A stretch of 64,000 bases of DNA from Polyangia bacterium (GTDB lineage Bacteria > Myxococcota_A > Polyangia > Nannocystales > Nannocystaceae). The DNA is taken from NCBI GenBank assembly GCA_030430565.1, contig JAUIKS010000004.1, positions 269,992-333,991 of the forward strand. Direction: 5' to 3'. The position numbers and the translations under genes are program-made. Shown piece by piece: positions 47,977 through 57,368 of the stretch (position 1 is its first letter; each line of letters starts with the position of its first letter). The notes beneath the pieces are model-generated. The model was given only the letters and a program-made list of their open reading frames with translations. It ran no database searches and was not told where the DNA came from.

Positions 47977-50829
47977 ATGGGCAGGCGAGGGAAGCGGTCG
48001 AAGAAGCGCGCGAGGTCGGAGAAGTCCGCGCGCTACGTCGTCGGCGTCGACCTCGGCACCACCCACTGCGCGGTCGCGGCGAGCCCGGTCGATCACCCGG
48101 CGATCGAGCTGATCGACATCCCGCAGCTCGTCGCCCGCGGCGAGACCCGCGCGCGCCCGCTGCTGCCCTCGTTCTTGTACCTGCAGGCGCCGGGCGAGCT
48201 CGATGAGTCCGCGCTGGCGCTGCCCTGGGGGCCCTGTGAGCGCGTCGTCGGCAGCTACGCGCGCGCGCTCGGGGAGCGCGTCCCGAGCCGGCTCGTGGCC
48301 TCGGCCAAGAGCTGGATCTGCCACGGCGGCGTCAACCGTCGCGCGCCGATCCTGCCCTGGAACGCGCCGGAGGAGGAGCCGCACATCTCGCCGTTTCAGG
48401 CCTCGGTGCACTACCTCGCGCACCTGCGCGCGGCCTGGGATCACGCGCGCCCCGACGCGCCGCTCGCGGAGCAGGACGTTGTCGTCACCGTGCCGGCCTC
48501 CTTCGACGACGACGCGCGCTCGCTGACCGTCGAGATCGCGCGTGAAGCTGGCCTTTCGAACATCCGCTTGATCGAGGAGCCGCAGGCGGCGTTCTACGAC
48601 TTCCTCGGCGCCCGCGCGGGCGCGGGCGCGAGCGCGCTCGACGAGGCGCTCGCCGACGGCCTCGACGAGGCCCGGCTGATCCTCGTCGTCGACATCGGCG
48701 GCGGCACCACCGACCTCACGCTCGTGCGCGCGGCGGCCGACCCCGACGGCGGCCCGCCGCAGCTCGAGCGGCTCGCGGTCGGCGGTCACCTGATGCTCGG
48801 CGGCGACAACATGGACGCCGCGCTCGCCCATCACGTGCAGCAGCTCGCCGAGCTCGAGTCGCTCGACGCCACCGAGTGGTCCGCGCTGGTCCAGGCCGCG
48901 CGCCAGGCGAAGGAGGTGCTGCTCGCCGCCGACGCCCCGCGCGAGACCGTGGTCTCGATCCAACGCCGCGGCTCCCGGCTGATCGGCAACACCCGCAGCG
49001 TCACGCTCACGCGCAAAGACGTGCAGTCGGTGCTGCTCGACGGCTTCCTCCCGCGCACGCGGCCGACCGAGGTCGCCAGCCGCAAGGGCCGCGCGGGCCT
49101 GACGACGCTGGGCCTGCCGTACACCACCGACCCCGCGATCCCGCGGCACATCTGCACCTTCCTGCGCAAGCACGTCTACGCCGCGCGCGAGGCCGGCGCG
49201 CGGATCGAGGACGGCCTCCCGCGCCCCGACCGGCTGCTGCTCAACGGCGGGGTGTTCAACGCGCCGGCGATCGTCAGCCGTCTACAAGATGTCTTAAAGG
49301 GCTGGTACGGCGAGACCGTGCCGCTGCTCAAGCACACCTCGCTCGACACCGCGGTCGCCCGCGGCGCGGCCCGCTACGCGCTCGGCAAGCGCGGCTTCGG
49401 CCAGCTGATCACCGGCGGCAGCGCGCGCGCCTATTACATCGGCGTCGACCAGCGAACGCCCGGCGCGCGCAAGGCCTTCTGCGTCGCGCCGCGCGGCATG
49501 GACGAGGGCTCGACCGTGCGCGTCGAGGATCAGGTGTTCGCGCTCGTCGTCGGGCGCATGGTGCAGTTCCCCGTCTACAGCTACACCGGCGACCGCGTCG
49601 ATCCGGTCGGGGCGTTGATCGAGGTCCCGGAGGGGGACGATGACGACCTGACGCTGCTGCCGCCGCTCGAGACCTCGCTGCGGGCGCGCGCCGATCTGCA
49701 CGTCGGCGACGACGGGACCGTGCCCGTGCATCTCTCCGCGACGTTGACCGAGAGCGGCACCCTCGAGATCTACCTCGTGACGGTCGAGCTCCCGCCGCGG
49801 CAGTGGCGGCTCGAGTTCGCGCTCAGCGAGCACGCCGAGACCAGCTGGTCGAGCGCCGACAGCGAGCCCGAGGATGTCCGCGAGCCGCTGCCGACCCACT
49901 TCCCCGAGGCCAAGGCGCGGCTCGAGCAGGTCTACGGCGACGATCGCCTCGGCGGGGACGACCGCGCGGGCAAGCGCCTGCGCAAAGATCTCGAGAAGCA
50001 TCTCGGGCCGCGCGGCGAGTGGTCCTCGAGCACCTGCCGCGCGCTCGCGTCGATCCTGATCGACCGGCGAGCGTTCCGCGGGAGGACGCCGGCGCACGAG
50101 CTCGCGTGGCTCCGCCTGGTCGGCTGGTGCCTGCGACCTGGTTTCGGCGCGCGCGGGGACGCGGCGCGCGTCGACACGCTCTGGTCGCTCTTGGAGGCCG
50201 GAGAGGGCGAGGGGGGCGGCAGCCTCGTCCACCGAGAGGACAAGACCATCGGCGGCGAGTGGTGGGTGCTGTGGCGACGGGTCGCCGGCGGCCTCAGCCG
50301 CGCGCGGCAGGACGCGCTGTTCGACGCCGTGCGGCCGTGGCTCGCGGGGGGTAGACCGCCGCCCGGTCCGCGCGCCCACGGCAAGCCCGAGATGATCCGC
50401 ATGCTCGCCGCGCTCGAGCAGCTCTCGGCGGCGCGCAAGCAGGAGGCCGGCGCGTGGTTCTTGCAGCGGCACAAGAAGGTCGGATCCTGGTGGCCGCTCG
50501 GGCGACTCGGCGCGCGCCAGCCGTTTCGCGGGCGCGCCGAGGACGTCGTGCCGCCGGAGATCGCCGAGGCGTGGATCGAGCGGATCCTGGAGCTCAACTG
50601 GAACAAGGCCGACGGGGCAGCCTTCGCCGCGGTCCTGATCGCGCGCATGACCGGCGACCCGGCCCGTGACGTCCGCCCGCCGCTGCGCAAGGCCGTGCTC
50701 GCGCGCCTGCGCTCGCAGAAGTCGCCCTCGCGCTGGATCGGCATCGTCAGCGAGAAGTCGAGCCTGTCCGAGCGCGACACGAAGCAGCTGTTCGGCGACT
50801 CGCTGCCCGCCGGCCTGCGCATGAAGTGA
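47977..50829 (+). CDS. Hsp70-family ATPase with about 400-aa C-terminal extension (950 aa)
   Basis: VGVDLGTTHCAVA and VVDIGGGTTDLTL motifs. Long helical C-terminal region. Confidence 0.85.
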   Translation: MGRRGKRSKKRARSEKSARYVVGVDLGTTHCAVAASPVDHPAIELIDIPQLVARGETRARPLLPSFLYLQAPGELDESALALPWGPCERVVGSYARALGERVPSRLVASAKSWICHGGVNRRAPILPWNAPEEEPHISPFQASVHYLAHLRAAWDHARPDAPLAEQDVVVTVPASFDDDARSLTVEIAREAGLSNIRLIEEPQAAFYDFLGARAGAGASALDEALADGLDEARLILVVDIGGGTTDLTLVRAAADPDGGPPQLERLAVGGHLMLGGDNMDAALAHHVQQLAELESLDATEWSALVQAARQAKEVLLAADAPRETVVSIQRRGSRLIGNTRSVTLTRKDVQSVLLDGFLPRTRPTEVASRKGRAGLTTLGLPYTTDPAIPRHICTFLRKHVYAAREAGARIEDGLPRPDRLLLNGGVFNAPAIVSRLQDVLKGWYGETVPLLKHTSLDTAVARGAARYALGKRGFGQLITGGSARAYYIGVDQRTPGARKAFCVAPRGMDEGSTVRVEDQVFALVVGRMVQFPVYSYTGDRVDPVGALIEVPEGDDDDLTLLPPLETSLRARADLHVGDDGTVPVHLSATLTESGTLEIYLVTVELPPRQWRLEFALSEHAETSWSSADSEPEDVREPLPTHFPEAKARLEQVYGDDRLGGDDRAGKRLRKDLEKHLGPRGEWSSSTCRALASILIDRRAFRGRTPAHELAWLRLVGWCLRPGFGARGDAARVDTLWSLLEAGEGEGGGSLVHREDKTIGGEWWVLWRRVAGGLSRARQDALFDAVRPWLAGGRPPPGPRAHGKPEMIRMLAALEQLSAARKQEAGAWFLQRHKKVGSWWPLGRLGARQPFRGRAEDVVPPEIAEAWIERILELNWNKADGAAFAAVLIARMTGDPARDVRPPLRKAVLARLRSQKSPSRWIGIVSEKSSLSERDTKQLFGDSLPAGLRMK

Positions 50830-51181
50830 CAGCGCGGGCGCGCGCGCGAAACTTATGTCTTTAAGAACATATAAACGCGGAGGCCGGGGAGACCGACGTC
50901 ACGGCTCGCCGCGGCGCCCGGCGCGATCATGAAGAACGGGCGCGGGACCTCCGTCGAAGCCTGTACACGCCCAGCGCCGAGCCCGGCCCCGCGTGGAGGA
51001 ACTCCGTGACGCAGCGCCGTGACACCGCCGAGCCCGCCGATTCTGCGCGACCGCGCGCGGCCCTGGAATCCTCGGCGATCCTCGCGGGTTCTCGAGCGGG
51101 CCCCGCCCGCGCGCCGCGCCTGATGATTGGCGCGTCAGAGCGCCTTTGGTATGTTTCGATCGTCTCACCTGGAAGGACATC

Positions 51182-52279
51182 ATGAATTTGAGCTGGTTCG
51201 CGCTACCGGCGGCGCTCGCGGGCGGGTTATTGCTCGCGTCGCCGGCCTCCGCCTCATCGCCCACTTACACGCAGTGCATCGACGGGTGTAATCGCGCGGG
51301 CCTCTCCGGTGATGACCGCGCGACCTGCAAGCTGCAGTGCGATCACGACGAGAAGGCGCGTGCTCGTCAACAACAGGCGAACGGTCAGCCTGTCTCGCCG
51401 CACAGCTCCAGCCCCACCGGCGCACCCCACGTGACCGGCGCCCCGGCGACGCCCCCGGCCCAGAGCCCCGAGCACGTCGCCGCGCTCTGCCGGGCCCAGT
51501 GCTCCAGCGAGGCGCCCGCTGATCGCATGACCTGCGAGCTCAACTGCAAGGCCTCGGCCGCGCCTCGGCCCGCGCCGCCGTCCGCGACGGTCCACAACGG
51601 CGCGGTGTACAACCCCAACAACGGGCAGACCGCAGTCCCGAGCACGACCTACCCAAACTCGTACCCGAGCACGGGCGCGAGCACCCACTGGCCGAGCGGA
51701 CCGACGCACGGCGCCCCGCCGACCTACGGCGCCACGCGCCCGCAAGAGACCGCCGCGCAGCAGCAAGAGCGTCTCCAGTGCGAGGCCAACTGTAGCCGCC
51801 CCGGCGTCTCCAACACCGACCTCGAGACCTGCAAGCTCAACTGCGACGCCGTGGGGTGGGTGCAGAGCCAGCCGTTGCAGCGCCGGATCATCTCCGACCG
51901 CCCGCTGACCCAAGCCGAGCTCGACGCGATGCGTCGGCAGGCCATCCAGAATTCTCCGGGCTCGGCCGGCACGACCTACCCCAACCAGTACCCGAGCGCC
52001 GCCTCGTCGACCTACGTCTACCGGCAGCCGGGCGCGGGCCCCTCGACGACGACGCGCAAGACCACCGACCCGGCGGTCCTGCAGCGCTGCGCCAGCGCCT
52101 GGTACACCTGCGACAGCGGCTGCTCCACGCCCGAGGCCAGCTGCCTCGACTCGTGCAACGCGATCCGCAGCAGCACGGACCAGGCGACCTGCAAGCTCAA
52201 CTGCACCAACGTGCGCGACAGCTGCAAGGACCGCTGCAACAGCGCCCGGACCTCCTGCGAGAGCGTCCCGATCCGCTGA
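51182..52279 (+). CDS. Secreted Cys-repeat protein (365 aa) with five C-x3-C ... TCKLNC modules
   Basis: Signal peptide MNLSWFALPAALAGGLLLASPASA. Repeated CIDGCNR...ATCKLQCD, CRAQCSS...MTCELNCK, CEANCSR...ETCKLNCD, CDSGCST...SCLDSCN, ATCKLNCTN. Confidence 0.65.
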   Translation: MNLSWFALPAALAGGLLLASPASASSPTYTQCIDGCNRAGLSGDDRATCKLQCDHDEKARARQQQANGQPVSPHSSSPTGAPHVTGAPATPPAQSPEHVAALCRAQCSSEAPADRMTCELNCKASAAPRPAPPSATVHNGAVYNPNNGQTAVPSTTYPNSYPSTGASTHWPSGPTHGAPPTYGATRPQETAAQQQERLQCEANCSRPGVSNTDLETCKLNCDAVGWVQSQPLQRRIISDRPLTQAELDAMRRQAIQNSPGSAGTTYPNQYPSAASSTYVYRQPGAGPSTTTRKTTDPAVLQRCASAWYTCDSGCSTPEASCLDSCNAIRSSTDQATCKLNCTNVRDSCKDRCNSARTSCESVPIR

Positions 52280-52337
52280 GCGCGGCGATCCTCGACGTGA
52301 ACAAGCCGTCATGTCCTCCACGACATGACGGATTGTC

Positions 52338-53300
52338 CTACTCGTAGCGCGCCAGCGCGAAGCGCCGCAGGGTCTCGCCGACCGCCTCCAGGCTCTCGGC
52401 GGAGAGCTCGTCGATCGTGTCCGCGTGCGTGTGCCACGGCGCGTAGTCGTGATCGATCAGCAGGATCGCCGGCACCCCGGCGCGCGCGAGCGGCACGTGA
52501 TCATCGAAGACGGCGGTCCGGTGCACGCGATCGACAAACGCCGCGTAGCCGAGCCCCGCGCCCATCGACCACAGCGAGCGCGCCAGCGGCTCGGCCTGAT
52601 CCAGCGAGTAGGGCTCCAGCTCGAGCTCCAGCCCGCGCTCACCCACCATGTCGAGCACCACCGCGAACTCGGCCCGCCGCAGATCCGCGAACGCGCCGCC
52701 GTCGCGCAGCTCCTCCGCCAGCGCCAGCGAGCCCGCGCAGTAGCCCCCCAGCCCCGGCCGCCCGAGCTCCTCGCCGTCGAACAAGACGATCGTGAAGCCG
52801 ACGTCCGCGGGCAGCTGCCGCGCCAGCAGCGGGGTCAGCTCGAGCAGCACCGCCAGCCCGCTCGTGCCGTCGTTCGCCCCCGGGATCGGCTGCTCACGTC
52901 GCGCCGGATCGGGGTCCTCCTCGGCCCACGGGCGCGTGTCAAAGTGCGTGCCGAGGATGAAGCGTCGCGTCGCCCCAGGGCGGACCATGGCGACCAGCGT
53001 CGTCATCGCAAACTCCGCGCCGCCGCGCGGATCCTGCCCGCGGTGCTCGAGCCGCCGGACGTGTCCAAACGCGGCGAGCTCGCGGCTGAGCGCGTCGATC
53101 GACGCCGCGCGTCGCGGGTCGCCCAGCGCCCGCGGCAGCTCGAGCAGCGCGCGCACCCGACGAAGCGCCCGCGCGCCCGAGAAGCGCTGGTCGTCGCGTT
53201 CGTCCGCGCGCGCGCTCGTGGGGCGGTCGGGCGGAGCCGGCGGCGCGCAGGCGGCGAGCGCGAGCGCGAACAGAAGAGCAGGGCGGCGCACGAGGTTCAC
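52338..53300 (-). CDS. M28-family zinc peptidase (aminopeptidase/glutaminyl-cyclase-like)
   Basis: HFDTRPWAEED, DGTSGLAVLLEL, VLFDGEELG and AILLIDHDYAPWHTHADT motifs. The start is set at GTG 53300 (VNLVRRPALLFALALAACA signal/lipobox). The upstream ATG at 53354 would overlap the tRNA. Confidence 0.75.
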   Translation of the reverse strand: MNLVRRPALLFALALAACAPPAPPDRPTSARADERDDQRFSGARALRRVRALLELPRALGDPRRAASIDALSRELAAFGHVRRLEHRGQDPRGGAEFAMTTLVAMVRPGATRRFILGTHFDTRPWAEEDPDPARREQPIPGANDGTSGLAVLLELTPLLARQLPADVGFTIVLFDGEELGRPGLGGYCAGSLALAEELRDGGAFADLRRAEFAVVLDMVGERGLELELEPYSLDQAEPLARSLWSMGAGLGYAAFVDRVHRTAVFDDHVPLARAGVPAILLIDHDYAPWHTHADTIDELSAESLEAVGETLRRFALARYE

Positions 53301-53349
53301 GGTACCGAAAACGACCAGACCCCCGAGCGAAATCACTCGGGGGTCTGAA

Positions 53350-53421
53350 GCCACTGAACGGACTTGAACCGTTGACCTACTAATTACGAATCAGTTGCTC
53401 TACCAACTGAGCTACAGTGGC
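53350..53421 (-). tRNA. tRNA-Thr: tRNA-Thr (anticodon CGT)
   Basis: A 72-nt cloverleaf folds by hand: acceptor GCCACTG/CAGTGGC, D-stem GCTC/GAGC, anticodon stem ACTGA/TTAGT with loop TTCGTAA (U33, anticodon CGT, A37), T-stem AACGG/CCGTT with TTCAAGT loop. No encoded CCA. Confidence 0.85.
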
Positions 53422-53551
53422 GTGGGCGGTGTTTCTACGCTGCTTGGCTGCGTTCGTCAACGTCTTGGCCGGGCGATTTCTCGATTTCCGACGAGCGGTC
53501 TGTCGACCGGCCTGCGAACCGCTCTGTCCGCGTGCGCGGACGCGCGACCAC

Positions 53552-54547
53552 TCACGGCAACCAGCGCGCGCCGGGTGGCTCGATCGGCCCCTTGGTCGGG
53601 TGCTCTGGCTGCGCGGCCGCGCGGCGACCGAGCCGGAGGATCAGCTCCCCGCGGATCTGCTCGGTCGTGATCCAGCCGAGCGCGCGCGAATCGCAGCACG
53701 CGCCCTCCTCGCGGTTGTCAGACAGGATCAGGTAGCCCTCGGCTTCCATCTCCAGGGGTCCAACATCATCGGGGAGGCCGACTCCGCTCCAGCTCGGCGC
53801 GGCCGGGTCGTGGGGCACGAGCACGGGGTAGCGCTGCTCGCCCAGCTGCTCGATCGCGGTCGCGTAGATGCGTGGCTGGGCGTCGGCTCGCTTCGCGCTC
53901 GAGAGGCGGATCGACGCGCCGGGCTCTTGGCGGACGGGGACGCCGTTGATCGCGAGCCCGAGCGCGCCGTTGGGGACGTTGAAGGTCACGGTGTCGCCGG
54001 GAACCGCGAGCACGCGCCCGACGCGGAGCGAGCGGCTCCCTGGGGCGCGTCCACGCAGGCCCGGCTCGGGCTCTACGCCGCTGCGCTCCTGCACGGCCTC
54101 CCAGTTGTCATCGTTGAAGCCGAGATCCTCGACATCGACGACGGCGGTGTTGCGCAGCACCTCCTCGGCGGGGCGAGCTGGATCGGCGTGCCTCGGCGTG
54201 CCCTCGCGCTCGCCGGGCCTTGGCGGCTCGTGGGCGACCGGGATCACCACTTCGTCCGCGAACTCCGGCGCGCTCGGGGTGTAGATCACGAGATCGCCCG
54301 CCTCGAGTCGCCACGCGCTCCTCAGCAGCATGACGTGGTCGCCGTCGACGATCGTCGGAGCCATGCCGTCGCCATGGATCTGCACCACCGTTGCGACGCT
54401 CGCGCGCGCGAGCAGCAGCACGCCGCCCAGGGCGAGCACGGACCAGGCCAAGCGCGTCGACAGCTGACCGCGGCCGCCGCGGCGAACGCCGCGACTCTCG
54501 TACTCCTCATCCCCGTAGGGGCGGCGGCGAAACAGGCGGGACAGCAT
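53552..54547 (-). CDS. lepB: Signal peptidase I (LepB)
   Basis: Real start is MLSRLF (ATG 54547), with a TM anchor. Box B GDGMAPTI (Ser nucleophile region) and box E GYLILSDNR. The longer ORF upstream is junk. Confidence 0.8.
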   Translation of the reverse strand: MLSRLFRRRPYGDEEYESRGVRRGGRGQLSTRLAWSVLALGGVLLLARASVATVVQIHGDGMAPTIVDGDHVMLLRSAWRLEAGDLVIYTPSAPEFADEVVIPVAHEPPRPGEREGTPRHADPARPAEEVLRNTAVVDVEDLGFNDDNWEAVQERSGVEPEPGLRGRAPGSRSLRVGRVLAVPGDTVTFNVPNGALGLAINGVPVRQEPGASIRLSSAKRADAQPRIYATAIEQLGEQRYPVLVPHDPAAPSWSGVGLPDDVGPLEMEAEGYLILSDNREEGACCDSRALGWITTEQIRGELILRLGRRAAAQPEHPTKGPIEPPGARWLP

Positions 54548-55247
54548 GATCGGGTGGGGCGAGCTCGGCCGAATTGGCCTCGTCGAGCGCTCGACACAGC
54601 GCGGCCACATCTTCCACGACCTGGTGCGGATCGCCAAAGAACACGCCGATCCCCGCGAGCCCGTGGGCTCCGGCGGCGAGCACCGCGGGCGCGGTGTGTC
54701 GGTTGATCCCGCCGAGCGCGAGCAGCGGCCCGCCGAGGCGCGTCCACGGTCGCAGCGCGTCGAGACCGGCCGCTCGCTTCTCGACCCCGGGCTGCGAGGT
54801 GCTCGGCGTGAACACCGGGGCGAAGCAGGTGTAGTCGACGAGCGGGCGCCGGCGCGCCTCGGCCGTGACGTCGGGCTGTCCGTGACACGAGCGACCGAGC
54901 AGACGCTCGCCGAGCCGTTCGCGCGCCCGCGCGAGCTGCTTGGTCGTGGGGTCTCCGCGTAGCTGTAGGCCGGCGAGGTCGTGGTCCCCCAGCAGCGCGG
55001 CCGCCTCGGCGAGCGCGGCGTGATCACAGGACAGCAGCGCGCGGACGCCCTGTTCGCGACACGCGCGGCGCAGCGGCGCGAGCCGGCCGTCGTCCGACAG
55101 GAGCTGCCTCGGAGAACACCCTGGCCCTCGGAGCAGGACCGCGAACTCCGATCGATCCACGCCCGCCTCCAGCCACGCCCGCGTCAGGCTCGGCGCGACC
55201 GGGCCGGTCGGCGGCGTGATCGCGAGCAGCCGCAGCGCGCCCGCCAC
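54507..55247 (-). CDS. thiE: Thiamine-phosphate synthase (ThiE)
   Basis: TIM-barrel ThiE-like sequence (LLAITPP..., GGINRHTAPAVLAAGAHGLAGIGVF). Immediately downstream of thiG. Confidence 0.7.
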   Translation of the reverse strand: MAGALRLLAITPPTGPVAPSLTRAWLEAGVDRSEFAVLLRGPGCSPRQLLSDDGRLAPLRRACREQGVRALLSCDHAALAEAAALLGDHDLAGLQLRGDPTTKQLARARERLGERLLGRSCHGQPDVTAEARRRPLVDYTCFAPVFTPSTSQPGVEKRAAGLDALRPWTRLGGPLLALGGINRHTAPAVLAAGAHGLAGIGVFFGDPHQVVEDVAALCRALDEANSAELAPPDHAVPPVSPPPLRG

Positions 55248-56075
55248 CTACTCGATGAGCCCGCCGGTCGGGCTCGAGGCGTTGGCGTAGGGCTTGGCCT
55301 GCATGCGCCCGGCGAGGAAGGCCTTGCGTCCGGCGATGATGCCGTCACGCATCGCCTCGGCCATCAGCGCGGGTTTTCGCGCCTTGGCGATCGCGGTGTT
55401 CATGAGCACCGCGTCGACGCCGAGCTCCATCGCCACCGTCGCGTCGCTGGCCGTGCCGACCCCGGCGTCGACGATCACCGGCACGTTGGCCTGCTCGACG
55501 ATCAAGCGCAGCGTGTGGGCGTCGCGGATGCCGAGGCCGCTGCCGATCGGGGCCGCGAGCGGCATGACGGCGGCGCAGCCCAGCTCCTCGAGCTTGCGGC
55601 AGACGATCGGGTCGGCGGTGCAGTACGGGAGGACCACGAAGCCCTCGTCGAGCAGGATCTTCGCCGCCTTCAGCGTCTCCTCGTTGTCCGGATAGAGCGT
55701 CTTCGGGTCGCCGATGACCTCGAGCTTGACGAGCTCGGCGATGCCCAGCTCGCGCGCGAGTCGAAGCGTCCGCACCGCGTCATCAGCGGTGTAGCAGCCG
55801 GCCGTGTTCGGCAGCAGCGTGTAGCGGCTGGTGTCGATCCAGCTCAGCAGGTTGCGCTTCTCTTTGAGGTCTACGCGTCGCAGCGCGACCGTCACGATCT
55901 CGGCGCCGCTCGCCGCGAGCGCGGATACGGTCTCGGCCTCGTCTTTGTACTTGCCGGTGCCGACGATCAGGCGCGAGCGCAGCGTGCGGCCGCCGAGCGT
56001 CCAGGTGTCATGCTGCGAGGGGGAAACGGTCGCGTTCACGGCTTGTTGTCCTGTCTTCTTCAAGCTCTTCTTCAA
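55248..56075 (-). CDS. thiG: Thiazole synthase (ThiG)
   Basis: [49 protein letters not shown]: all canonical ThiG blocks. Confidence 0.9.
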   Translation of the reverse strand: MKKSLKKTGQQAVNATVSPSQHDTWTLGGRTLRSRLIVGTGKYKDEAETVSALAASGAEIVTVALRRVDLKEKRNLLSWIDTSRYTLLPNTAGCYTADDAVRTLRLARELGIAELVKLEVIGDPKTLYPDNEETLKAAKILLDEGFVVLPYCTADPIVCRKLEELGCAAVMPLAAPIGSGLGIRDAHTLRLIVEQANVPVIVDAGVGTASDATVAMELGVDAVLMNTAIAKARKPALMAEAMRDGIIAGRKAFLAGRMQAKPYANASSPTGGLIE

Positions 56076-56112
56076 GCTCTTCAGGTCTGCTTCATCCCGA
56101 GCGCGTTCACGC

Positions 56113-56325
56113 TCAACCTCCGCCGACGAAGGTCACGATCTCGAGGCGGTCGCCGTCGACGAGCACCGTGTCGGCGTAGCGAGCGCGCGGGACGATCTCG
56201 CGGTTTCGCTCGACGGCGACCTGCTTCGGGATCAGCTTGAGCTCCTCGAGCAGATGCGCGACGGTCCGTAGCGCGGCGTCGGCTGCGAGCTCGTGGGGGT
56301 CGCCATTGAGCACGATCGCGGGCAC
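56113..56325 (-). CDS. thiS: Sulfur-carrier protein ThiS
   Basis: 70 aa, ubiquitin-like, ends in GG (TFVGGG). Immediately upstream of thiG. Confidence 0.8.
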   Translation of the reverse strand: MPAIVLNGDPHELAADAALRTVAHLLEELKLIPKQVAVERNREIVPRARYADTVLVDGDRLEIVTFVGGG

Positions 56326-56650
56326 GGGCGGGAAGGTACACCGAACTAGGCACGAGCCGGCACGCGGACTTCACCACGGGCCGCGGCGACCGAAATGCCG
56401 AAAAAATCACGTCAAACGCTGTTATTTGCGACGCGAACCGCGCTGCGCAGCGTTGCTGAAACCCACCAGTGTGGTGATTGTGCAACACATCACACTGGAT
56501 CGGAGAGCCAGGTTTAACCATCTAGATCGAGTAATTCCAGATGGTTAGCTCGCCGGTGGTGTGCGTCACACTTTGGCCCGGTTTGTGCTTTTCAAGAAGG
56601 GCATGCGTCCTGTAGCTGAGACCCGTCGTCCGAATATCCCCCTTGAGCGT

Positions 56651-57322
56651 ATGGACACGGCGGATGTGCTCGCCTGCGTGGAGCCCTTCATCGCCGCCCG
56701 GCCGACGGAGATCACCACGCTCGTGCGCGCCGCGGTCCGCCTTCGTAAGAGCTCGAGCAGCGTCATCGTCAACGAGGGGCAGATCCCCGACGGCTTCTAC
56801 ATCGTGCTGCGCGGACGCGTGAACCTGGTGCGAGTCGCTGATGGCGGGCGCGATCTTATCCTCGCGGTCCTCGGCGCGGGTGACGTGTTTGGTGAGGAGT
56901 GCGCGATCGGTGCGGTCGGTATGTCGACGACCGCCGTCGCCGCGGTGCAGACTGAGCTGCTCCGCATCGCCCCCGAGGCGGTCGTCGAGCACCTCAAGCG
57001 CGAGCCCGAGACCATGCTGCGTCTCATGCGGCTGCAGAACGACAAGCTCCGCGATGTCGAGTCGGTCGCCAGCGGGCTCGCGCTCTGCGATGTCGAGGAG
57101 CGGCTCCGCCGGACGCTGCGACGCCTGGCCCGTCGGCAAGGTCGCCGCGTCGACTCGAGCAACAGCTGGATCCTCGCGCCGGTGCCCACGCAGTCCGAGC
57201 TCGCGCGCATGGTCGGCTCCTGCCGCGAGACGGTCTCGCGCACGCTGAGCGCCATGGCCCGCCGCGGGATGGTCAGCTCGAGCGGTCGCCGGATGATCCT
57301 CAAAGACAGCTTGATGGGCTGA
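56651..57322 (+). CDS. Crp/Fnr-family transcriptional regulator
   Basis: cNMP-binding beta-roll (VIVNEGQIPDGFYIVLRGRVNLV...GAGDVFGE) and C-terminal HTH (QSELARMVGSCRETVSRTLSAM). The start is set at ATG 56651 because upstream codons have low GC3. Confidence 0.75.
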   Translation: MDTADVLACVEPFIAARPTEITTLVRAAVRLRKSSSSVIVNEGQIPDGFYIVLRGRVNLVRVADGGRDLILAVLGAGDVFGEECAIGAVGMSTTAVAAVQTELLRIAPEAVVEHLKREPETMLRLMRLQNDKLRDVESVASGLALCDVEERLRRTLRRLARRQGRRVDSSNSWILAPVPTQSELARMVGSCRETVSRTLSAMARRGMVSSSGRRMILKDSLMG

Positions 57323-57368
57323 TCCAGAGGAGCCGGAATATCCCCGTCGCGCTCGCCGTAGCGAGCGT

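Noticed and set aside
56326-56520. TPP riboswitch upstream of thiS
   Set aside because: Neither the CUGAGA element nor the ACCUGAUCUGGAUAAUGCCAGCG-like core is present on the coding (minus) strand. Only unrelated palindromes were found.
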